Shown here: piece by piece, positions 39,105-46,667 of the stretch
Layout of the letters: each line of letters begins with the position of its first letter
How positions within the stretch are numbered: the first letter of the stretch is position 1
DNA from: Candidatus Giovannonibacteria bacterium
Lineage (GTDB): Bacteria; Patescibacteriota; Minisyncoccia; JACPKW01; UBA11713
Direction: 5' to 3'
NCBI GenBank assembly: GCA_016186825.1
Contig: JACPKW010000004.1
Location: forward strand, 64,428 to 128,427
Length of the DNA stretch: 64,000 bases
Made by a program: the position numbers and the translations under genes
The notes under the pieces: model-generated
Told to the model about the DNA's origin: nothing
Database searches by the model: none
The model's input: only the letters and a program-made list of their open reading frames with translations

Positions 39105-39689
39105 ATGAAAAAATTCACGGGAGATTTAATAAAAGTGACTGCTCTTGCGGGAGTGCTTATGGTGGTACAGGTTTTTGCATGGGATGAACCGACCCAGGCG
39201 CCTCCGGGAGGGAATGCTCCCGCGCCCTTGAATGTGAGCTCAATCGGGCAAACGAAAGCCGGCGGGTTATTGCTCAATACCGCAGGAGCGGACAACGGTT
39301 TGCTGGTTGATAAAGGAAATGTTGGAATCGGGACGCTCAACCCTTTGCAAAAACTGCATGTTGTAGGCGGTAAGGCGCAGGCGGATGATTTCTGTTTGAA
39401 CAGCGATCCCGCGAAATGTTTGTCAGGTTCAGGCGGCGGAGGCGGGGGAGGGGTTGGCCAGAAGATGTGCATTGCGAGCCACAGCGGGGACAACTGGTTT
39501 GTGACTATGCAGGTGCCATCAAGTTGGACGATTGCAGACTGCAAGAAAACAGTAAATATGAGCGCGCATCCTTTTAACGCCGCAAATCGCTACCAGGTGG
39601 GTTGCGTTTTTGCGAATTCCGTTTCAGTTGGGCCGATTGTTTCCCAGTCTGGAAATGCTGCGGCACCATCGCCGAACTGCGGCTGGTAA
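39105..39689 (+). CDS. secreted Gly-rich protein with NVGIGT...KLHV motif (tail-fibre/pilin-like)
   Basis: Signal peptide, G9 tract, 6 Cys. Confidence 0.4.
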   Translation: MKKFTGDLIKVTALAGVLMVVQVFAWDEPTQAPPGGNAPAPLNVSSIGQTKAGGLLLNTAGADNGLLVDKGNVGIGTLNPLQKLHVVGGKAQADDFCLNSDPAKCLSGSGGGGGGGVGQKMCIASHSGDNWFVTMQVPSSWTIADCKKTVNMSAHPFNAANRYQVGCVFANSVSVGPIVSQSGNAAAPSPNCGW

Positions 39690-39712
39690 TATTTTAAAAA
39701 TTAATTTATTCC

Positions 39713-40516
39713 GTGATTTTCAGATATAAATTTTTTCGGATTCCGGTAATTATGCTCGCGCTCGCTTTTTTTGCGCTGGTTTATTTTGTAAGCGCGGGCA
39801 GCGCTGATGATCTTTCAGGGTGGGCTTGGTCTGAAAATATCGGCTGGATCAGTTTTAATTCTGTGAATTTGAATAGGGGCGCGAACTACGGAGTTCGCAT
39901 CAGCAACTCTGGAAATCTTTCAGGTTATGCTTGGTCTGAAAATATCGGCTGGATAAGTTTTAACGAAAATTCCGGATGTCCGAAGTCGCCTTGCGTCCCG
40001 AGATTAAACCGCGACACTGGTGAGGTTTCGGGATGGGCGCGTGCGCTTTCCGCTGATAATAAAGGGTGGGATGGATGGATAAGTTTCCGTGGCTCGGGAT
40101 ACGGCGTTACTGTATCAAACTGCCTTTGGGATGGCTGGGCTTGGGGGTCAGATGTTGTCGGCTGGGTTCATTTCAAAGGAGCTGGATACGGTGTGGCTGC
40201 TAAAGACCAAGGCTGTATCGAAGAGCCTCTGCCACCTCCGCCACCGCCTCTGGTGTGTCCTTCTGGACAAGTGCGCCCGCATCGAACTTGCGAGGACGAG
40301 GTCTGCAAATTGGTTGATTCATGCGGAGTTTCTTCGTGCACTTCATCTTCCGAATGCAAGCCCAAAAAAGTTACCCAATGCTCGGATGGCATTGATAACG
40401 ATGGGGATGCAAAAGTTGATTATCGAACTTCACCGCTTCGTGCGGGACGCCCGAGCGATCCAGGCTGCTCCTCCCTCGAAGACGACAATGAGCGAAATTT
40501 GATTATTGAGATTTGA
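39713..40516 (+). CDS. secreted Trp-rich repeat protein with C-terminal MopE-like Cys/Asp motif; 3' end remodelled by cassette insertion
   Basis: Repeats SGWAWSENIGWISFN x2 plus degenerate copies; CSDGIDNDGDAKVDY...DPGC; the last 8 codons differ from the predicted ancestral end. Confidence 0.5.
   Translation: MIFRYKFFRIPVIMLALAFFALVYFVSAGSADDLSGWAWSENIGWISFNSVNLNRGANYGVRISNSGNLSGYAWSENIGWISFNENSGCPKSPCVPRLNRDTGEVSGWARALSADNKGWDGWISFRGSGYGVTVSNCLWDGWAWGSDVVGWVHFKGAGYGVAAKDQGCIEEPLPPPPPPLVCPSGQVRPHRTCEDEVCKLVDSCGVSSCTSSSECKPKKVTQCSDGIDNDGDAKVDYRTSPLRAGRPSDPGCSSLEDDNERNLIIEI
40446..40491. repeat. 46 bp direct repeat (copy 1) = target-site duplication of HicAB cassette
   Basis: GACGCCCGAGCGATCCAGGCTGCTCCTCCCTCGAAGACGACAATGA, identical at 41096-41141. 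Confidence 0.85.
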
Positions 40517-40576
40517 TTGGCTAAAACTTTTTTTGTGACGGTTGACCGTCCTTGATCGTTGTAATAAGGTATTTCT

Positions 40577-40807
40577 ATGGCGAAGACAAAAAAACAATTC
40601 ACCGCCATTTATAAAAAAGCCGGGGGATGGTATTTGGGATGGATTGAAGAAATTCCCGGAGTCAACAGCCAAGGCAAAACGCTTCGAGAAGTTAAAAATA
40701 ATCTCAAAGAGGCCTTAACGCTTATAATTGAAACAAATAAAGCGCTTTTGTCCAAAGATGAGCCTTCCGGCAAAAGAATTCGAGAAGTGCTCTCGGTTTC
40801 TGTTTAA
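40577..40807 (+). CDS. hicB: HicB-family antitoxin (UPF0150)
   Basis: GWYLGWIEEIPGVNSQGKTLREVKNNLKEALTLIIE matches HicB N-terminal fold. Confidence 0.6.
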   Translation: MAKTKKQFTAIYKKAGGWYLGWIEEIPGVNSQGKTLREVKNNLKEALTLIIETNKALLSKDEPSGKRIREVLSVSV

Positions 40808-40815
40808 TTTGTTTT

Positions 40816-41013
40816 TTGATGAGGCGCGCTGACTTAATCCGTCATTTAGTAAAAGAGGGTTGTATTTTTGTTCGCGAAGGGGGTAGTCATAGCGTATTTT
40901 TTAATCCAGCAACTAGGCGTTCATCAACTGTACCGCGGCATAATGAAATTCATTACTTTTTGGCTCGAAAAATTTGCCGTGACTTGGGGATAAGAGAGCT
41001 TAGAAAAAAATAA
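40816..41013 (+). CDS. hicA: HicA-family mRNA interferase toxin
   Basis: LVKEGCIFVREGGSHSVFFNP...TVPRH with the GSH signature of HicA/YcfA. Confidence 0.75.
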   Translation: MMRRADLIRHLVKEGCIFVREGGSHSVFFNPATRRSSTVPRHNEIHYFLARKICRDLGIRELRKK

Positions 41014-41095
41014 TCTCATGCAGTTACCTTTTTGCGCTAATTGTCTCATAACATTAATACAAGAAAACTTCGAACGGAAATTTTATCTATTATCA

Positions 41096-41141
41096 GACGC
41101 CCGAGCGATCCAGGCTGCTCCTCCCTCGAAGACGACAATGA
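41096..41141. repeat. 46 bp direct repeat (copy 2)
   Basis: Identical to 40446-40491; in the host-gene frame this copy continues ...DDNEKF-stop. Confidence 0.85.
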
Positions 41142-41162
41142 AAAATTTTAAGAAGAAGAGGT

Positions 41163-42788
41163 TTAATCAATTCTTTCTAGACAGTAAACCTCGTTTGCAT
41201 CCGTAGAGACAAAATATCTTTTTGTGTTTTCATTATAAACTACTTTTTGAGTAATTTTTTCAGTGACCTGGAAAACTCTTGTTGCTTTTCCAGTTTCCGG
41301 ATTGAATTCATATAAAGTTCCTCCATTAGAGCCCACATAAACATTTCCATCAATAATATTTGGGGTTGCTATAATTCTGCCACTCGTTGCAAACTGCCAT
41401 TTCATTTCTCCGGTTCTTAAATCAAAACAGTAAATATTTTTGTCTGTGGATGTAAAATAAACTTTGCTGTCTCTTACAACCGGACTCGAATAAATAATAT
41501 CTTCTGTTTTAAATTTTCCAATAACGTTTCCCGTATCAAGATCCAATGCATATTCGTTTTTATCAAATGAACCAAAGAGGAGAAGATTTGTTTCAATGTC
41601 GAATGCAAGGGAAGCTTTTATTTCGCCTCCTGTTTCATATTTCCAAAGAAGTGTTCCATTTTTCGCATTGAATAAATAAACTGTATTATCATTTCCTCCG
41701 ATCGCAACAATTTGTTTTTCTTTGCAATAAGCCGGTGAGCAGTGCACATATTCCGGCACTTTATAATCCCAAATTTTTTCTCCGGTATCCATCTTCAAAG
41801 CGGCGATTCCTCCCTTTCTTTTGAAAAGTCCAAACTCTAGTCCTATGAATACCAAATTTAAATCTGGCGCAAGAGCGGGCGATGAACCGATCCAGTCTGC
41901 TTCAGAATATTTCCAAATAATCTTTCCGTCTTTCGCATTCTGGCAGTAAAAATTACCATCGTAAGAGCCGAAATATATCATTTTTTTATTTATTGCAGGT
42001 GAAGAAAAGATACTTTTACCCATTGAAGGATAGCCAACTTTATATTTCCAAGCCACCGAACCGTCATTTTGATTTATGGCCCATAAAAATCCGTTATCAC
42101 TTCCGAAATAAATTTTTTCATTGTCCATGCACGGTGTTGATTTCGGTACAACGTGAAAAAGATTTGCATCAGGGGCCTGAAATTTCCACATAATTTTGAA
42201 TCTTTCTTGGGGAGTAAATCTTTTTTTAGGACTCATTGAAAGCCCGAAGTCTTTTAACGAGAAAAGATAGGTCAAATTAATATTTCTTTTTTTAATAAAA
42301 TCGAAATCATCATTTCCGCTGAAATTCATTATTGGAAAGATGCGGGAAACAATTTTTCCCGTTTCTTCTATAATCCGGATTTGACGCAGAAAAGTTGATC
42401 CGCTATTTATTATATCGTCAACTAAAATAATCGGCGTGTTATCCAATTCTCCTTCAATCAATTTTTGGAGTCCTATGCTTTTGCGAGCTTTTCTGATCAT
42501 AAAACCGTTTACTGGTTTGCCGATCTGATGGGAACGAAGAACAATGGCTCCAATTAACGGCACGGCGGCTAATTCTTGGCCTCCGACTTGAAATGGATAT
42601 TCTTTTTCAAATTTTTCCCAAAAAATATCAACGATTAAATCAAGCGCCTCGGGCTTTAAAAAAATATTTCTTAAATCAAACAGCCAATTTTCTCGTTCAC
42701 CAGTTGGAGAAATGATTATATGGGTTTTTGAAGTGGGAAGAGCGTCCCTTTTAATAATATTTTTAAGCTTTTCTAATTTTTGTTCCAC
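41163..42788 (-). CDS. fusion protein: orotate-PRTase-like (type I phosphoribosyltransferase) N-domain + 8-bladed PQQ/BamB-like beta-propeller
   Basis: GKPVNGFMIRKARKSIG...PIILVDDIINSGST matches PyrE motifs; C-terminal repeated YFGSxDGxLxAxxxxDGxxxWKY blades; start overlaps SagB-like gene stop. Confidence 0.6.
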   Translation of the reverse strand: MEQKLEKLKNIIKRDALPTSKTHIIISPTGERENWLFDLRNIFLKPEALDLIVDIFWEKFEKEYPFQVGGQELAAVPLIGAIVLRSHQIGKPVNGFMIRKARKSIGLQKLIEGELDNTPIILVDDIINSGSTFLRQIRIIEETGKIVSRIFPIMNFSGNDDFDFIKKRNINLTYLFSLKDFGLSMSPKKRFTPQERFKIMWKFQAPDANLFHVVPKSTPCMDNEKIYFGSDNGFLWAINQNDGSVAWKYKVGYPSMGKSIFSSPAINKKMIYFGSYDGNFYCQNAKDGKIIWKYSEADWIGSSPALAPDLNLVFIGLEFGLFKRKGGIAALKMDTGEKIWDYKVPEYVHCSPAYCKEKQIVAIGGNDNTVYLFNAKNGTLLWKYETGGEIKASLAFDIETNLLLFGSFDKNEYALDLDTGNVIGKFKTEDIIYSSPVVRDSKVYFTSTDKNIYCFDLRTGEMKWQFATSGRIIATPNIIDGNVYVGSNGGTLYEFNPETGKATRVFQVTEKITQKVVYNENTKRYFVSTDANEVYCLERID

Positions 42789-42789
42789 T

Positions 42790-43536
42790 CTATTGTAATT
42801 TGCCTAAAACTGATAAGTGAACTGTTGATTCTTCTTCATTGTCAATATCCAGCATTAGTTCTATTTTTTCATTTGAATAGCCAGCTAAATGGCAGCACCC
42901 TATGTTCAAAGCCGAGCTGATAAGCGCAATATTTTGCATTAAATGCCCTGATTCATTTAAAACGATTTTATATCCGAAGTCTTTGTATTTGATAAAATTT
43001 CTGTCCCAAACTGACGTAAGGATAACAAAAAGAGCTGCGTCCTTTGACCATGGATAAAACATAGCTTCTTTAATAATTTTTATTCCTTCAGATTCAATCA
43101 GCTCTTCAAGCGCATGTTTTTTTACATTGTAGTGATAAATGCCTCTGTCTAAATCAGTTACATTTTGTGCTCCGATATAAATTTCTAAGGGGTATCGTGA
43201 CCCGCCTGAAGGATAGAATCTTTTTGATCCATTCCATTCCCCATTATCCGGAATTTTTCTGATTCCGCCCCCGAAATATAGAAGAGTCGAAAGTTCTTCA
43301 AATGTAATCGGTTTATTGCTGAATTCTCTTGTTGAATGGCGGTTTTTAAGGGCAGATTCTAAATTTCCAAGCTCTAAAAAATTCCATGATAAAGGAATCA
43401 AATTTAATCGAGGATATTCTTTGAAATACACTGTTTTCCAGGATTTCGGCCAAGTTTTCGGGTCGCTAGGCCCAGTCCCGGATTTAAATTTAAAATTTAT
43501 TTCTTTATGAAATAATTTTGAGAGAGCTCCAATCAT
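42790..43536 (-). CDS. SagB/McbC-type (nitroreductase-fold) dehydrogenase of azole RiPP pathways
   Basis: NRHSTREF and YPSGGSRYPLEIY motifs; 4 nt overlap with YcaO gene. Confidence 0.75.
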   Translation of the reverse strand: MIGALSKLFHKEINFKFKSGTGPSDPKTWPKSWKTVYFKEYPRLNLIPLSWNFLELGNLESALKNRHSTREFSNKPITFEELSTLLYFGGGIRKIPDNGEWNGSKRFYPSGGSRYPLEIYIGAQNVTDLDRGIYHYNVKKHALEELIESEGIKIIKEAMFYPWSKDAALFVILTSVWDRNFIKYKDFGYKIVLNESGHLMQNIALISSALNIGCCHLAGYSNEKIELMLDIDNEEESTVHLSVLGKLQ

Positions 43537-45005
43537 GGAAAAGGATGAGGTTCTTGATTTAATGTTAGCGCGGCTTTATATCCCATTTTTTCAGGGATTT
43601 CTTTCAGGCGTTTGCCTCCGAAATATGGGATTGACTCGTTTAAGTGCATTGGCTGGAGTTCAGAAATAATTACTTTTGCGCTAAAAATTCCAAGCTTTTC
43701 AATTTCAGGTGTAGTTATTTTAACATAACAAGCTTCATAATTTTTTTTGCTTAATTCATCTGATAGGATTTTTAATTTTTCCTTGAAATACTCTTGTGTT
43801 TCTCTCAACTCGAACATTCGTTTTTTCAGATCTATCTTCACTTTTTCTCCGCTAAATATGAATTCTATTTTGTTCAAATTTTCTGGCCTGGACCAATAAA
43901 TTAATCTTTCTTCTCGTCCTATTTGTTTTTCATTTATATCATTTTTGAATTTTCTTTTTAATGAATAACGAACTATTAATGCTTCTGACAACGAATCGAT
44001 TATTGCTTGCTTAAAGTCAAAATCAGCGCTCGCACCTACACAAAAAGCAGGGCCTAATCCTGTTCTATCGAGTATTACGGCGAGGTAGATATGAACGGGA
44101 AAATCGCTCGGGAGTCGAACTATGTATGGTTCGAGCCTATATCGCTGAAAGTTTTTAATTATTGCATTTATTTCCTCATCTTGAGCACTGACGTAATCTA
44201 GATCGACAACTTCGGGCGATAATTTATTTAAATAGGTGATCATAAATGCATCTCTTTCGATAACTTCCATAATTCCTTTCACTATAGCTTCAACCATGTT
44301 TCTACCCGAGGCTAACCCTGTTGTTATGCACCATCTAAGAAGCGGTTCTTTTCGATTTTGTGTCGGGCTTAATCTTTGATTTCTATAAGCAAAGTTGGAG
44401 CTTGCAAGCTGAAGAGGGCAATACATTTTTTCGTTGCCCTGAACTGAAAAAGCCTCGAGCCACCTAAGCTCTGTCTGAGTATTAAATTTGAGATTCGATA
44501 AATTACTTTTTTGCTCTTCCGAAAAACCGGCAAGTTTAAATATATTTAATGCCTTGCCTTTCAAATCTTCATAATTGCTTTCAACTGAATTTTTCAGCAA
44601 ATGGTCTGAACTGGACCAAAGTGATCGTTCAACTCCTTCTGCGGTCGCGCGCCATATCGCCTTCACTTCGTTATTGAATTCCACTCCTGTGCCTAATTTT
44701 ATATTGCTTTCTTTGTTGCTATTCACGTTGTAAATATATATGAAAGGTTCATCTGGATAACGTCTCCCCTTTTTTATATTTTCTATTATTCCCATTGACT
44801 GAAGTTGGTACAGAGTATCAATGGCAACCAGCATCTCTTGACTTTTGTCAGCTAAAGTATCAGGGATTTTAACTAAAAGTTCAGAGCCAAAATATTTTTC
44901 AAGGTTTTTTAATAAAAACTTGGGCCATATAGAGAAAATCCCACCCTTATTAGGTTTTTTTAGGAAATCTTCGGCTTTTTTAGTAATTTCAAGTTTTTTT
45001 CCCAT
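43533..45005 (-). CDS. ycaO: YcaO-domain cyclodehydratase (TOMM D protein) with C-terminal PxPxP motif
   Basis: TGLASGRNMVEAIVKGIMEVIERDAF YcaO signature; C-terminus ...QEPHPFP. Confidence 0.8.
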   Translation of the reverse strand: MGKKLEITKKAEDFLKKPNKGGIFSIWPKFLLKNLEKYFGSELLVKIPDTLADKSQEMLVAIDTLYQLQSMGIIENIKKGRRYPDEPFIYIYNVNSNKESNIKLGTGVEFNNEVKAIWRATAEGVERSLWSSSDHLLKNSVESNYEDLKGKALNIFKLAGFSEEQKSNLSNLKFNTQTELRWLEAFSVQGNEKMYCPLQLASSNFAYRNQRLSPTQNRKEPLLRWCITTGLASGRNMVEAIVKGIMEVIERDAFMITYLNKLSPEVVDLDYVSAQDEEINAIIKNFQRYRLEPYIVRLPSDFPVHIYLAVILDRTGLGPAFCVGASADFDFKQAIIDSLSEALIVRYSLKRKFKNDINEKQIGREERLIYWSRPENLNKIEFIFSGEKVKIDLKKRMFELRETQEYFKEKLKILSDELSKKNYEACYVKITTPEIEKLGIFSAKVIISELQPMHLNESIPYFGGKRLKEIPEKMGYKAALTLNQEPHPFP

Positions 45006-45129
45006 TTACACACCTATAGTAGTTGTGGCTTCTAAATTAAATGTCTATTATTAAATTGTGCTGATAACTTCAATATAGATAGGTTTAATTTACATTAGCG
45101 TCTTAAAAAAGGGAAGCCGTGGTTTTTAC

Positions 45130-46269
45130 GTGATTGACTCAATAAATCAAAAGAAAATAGGCGCACTAGATATAAAAAATATATTATTATTAGTTATTAT
45201 TTTAATAATAGGAGTATTCTTGTACACTAATTTTTCTTTAAAACCCGATTTAAAACCCGATTTTCAGCAAGCTTTATCTCAGGCAGCAGAGCTGAGAGAT
45301 ATAGATTCCAAAAAAGCTGCTGAGAAATTTGAGATCGCACTTGCTTTGGCAAAAACCCCCGAACAAAAAGCTATTGCTAAATTATTCATTGCAAATAATT
45401 ATTTGGATGTTGAGCCTGCAAAGGGGATGAAGCTTTTAAAAGAGATTGTGGCAGATAATTCTATGCCTTCGATGCAACGTGCTTTTGCAATACAATTTAT
45501 TGCGGATAAATATATGCTGGGTTTACATTCTACGAAATTTGCTCGAGAAAATATTTTCAATGATTCTCCTTTCGATTCGTTTATTTTACCTGGTAATGAT
45601 AAAGATACAGATGCTGCGAATATAATATTGAAAGACCGAGTTGGCATTAGAAAAATTTATGAATTTGCCACAGATACTTTCCCCATTCCGGTCGCGAATT
45701 TTTGGGTAGCAGAATGGCATGCAAGAAGAGTGTTAATGTCAAACGAATATTCAAACTTGCCACTAGTTGAAGAAAGAGTGGAATATATCAAGAAAACTAA
45801 AGAATATATTGAAAAAGGTGATTTGGCGCTACCTGCTTTTATTTTGCATGAAGGTGAAAACAGTCAAGTGGCTTACGCTTATTGGGTGAAGGGATTAGCG
45901 CTCGGGTATCTTTATGAACTAGAAAAAAAATCTGAGTTACAAATTGAAGCGGAAGAAAGCTTTACAAAAGCATTGCAGATTCTGAAAAGTGGTTCGACTG
46001 ATTATATGAAATTACAATCCCTTTGGGCTAGTTTCTATTATGCTGATTTTCTTGCAACAAGTTTTGGTGTTGACAAAAAGCTTGAAGTTAAGAAAAGTCT
46101 TTCATATATTATGGAGCCACGTTTTTTTAATGATTTCGTTTTTTTGAAATATTTAAGGGTTGTAAAAGATGATAAAGACAGCTATACCCGAAAAAGAATA
46201 ATGCGATTGACTGAGCAGAATGTAGAATTCAAAGATTTTTTAATACGTTTAGGATGGGAGTTCAATTAG
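45130..46269 (+). CDS. hypothetical membrane-anchored alpha-helical protein (379 aa), cluster-associated
   Basis: N-terminal TM helix; no Cys; possible immunity or scaffold role (inference only). Confidence 0.35.
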   Translation: MIDSINQKKIGALDIKNILLLVIILIIGVFLYTNFSLKPDLKPDFQQALSQAAELRDIDSKKAAEKFEIALALAKTPEQKAIAKLFIANNYLDVEPAKGMKLLKEIVADNSMPSMQRAFAIQFIADKYMLGLHSTKFARENIFNDSPFDSFILPGNDKDTDAANIILKDRVGIRKIYEFATDTFPIPVANFWVAEWHARRVLMSNEYSNLPLVEERVEYIKKTKEYIEKGDLALPAFILHEGENSQVAYAYWVKGLALGYLYELEKKSELQIEAEESFTKALQILKSGSTDYMKLQSLWASFYYADFLATSFGVDKKLEVKKSLSYIMEPRFFNDFVFLKYLRVVKDDKDSYTRKRIMRLTEQNVEFKDFLIRLGWEFN

Positions 46270-46297
46270 TAAATTTTATTTTGCAACAAATAAAAAT

Positions 46298-46648
46298 ATG
46301 GGAGTCATAAAAAAACCAACTCGCAAGATCATTTCTCTAATACTTCCTGTCTTGAGCATTTTGGGTTTGGCTTTAATGAAAATACCCAAAGGCGAATATC
46401 ATTTAAGGGAGGCTGACAGAAAAATTTCTAAACTCTTTAAAATTGATAACTTTGCAGTTAATGAAGTTAATGCTGATATTGTCGAAGGCGGTTCCGGCGG
46501 AGATGGTGGTGGTTCTGTAAGTGATGACGGTTCTGGTGGTTGCGGAAGTGGCGGTTGCGGTTCTGGCGGAGATGGTGGAGGTACTGATGGCGGATGTGAT
46601 GCGGGAGATGGTGGTGATGACAGTGGCGACGACGGCGACGGCAAGTAA
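46298..46648 (+). CDS. candidate TOMM precursor peptide with Gly/Ser/Cys/Asp-rich core (microcin B17-like)
   Basis: C-terminal 50 aa GGSGGDGGGSVSDDGSGGCGSGGCGSGGDGGGTDGGCDAGDGGDDSGDDGDGK; alternative start at 46376 would give a soluble 38 aa leader. Confidence 0.5.
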   Translation: MGVIKKPTRKIISLILPVLSILGLALMKIPKGEYHLREADRKISKLFKIDNFAVNEVNADIVEGGSGGDGGGSVSDDGSGGCGSGGCGSGGDGGGTDGGCDAGDGGDDSGDDGDGK

Positions 46649-46667
46649 ATAATTTTTTTTCTCTTTA

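Noticed and set aside
40089-40502. 137 aa ORF in an alternate frame inside the 39713 repeat-protein gene, and 41018..41206 ORF across the second 46 bp repeat
   Set aside because: Both read the duplicated 46-mer in a non-host frame (ARAIQAAPPSKTTM) and lack start signals; they are a by-product of the repeat
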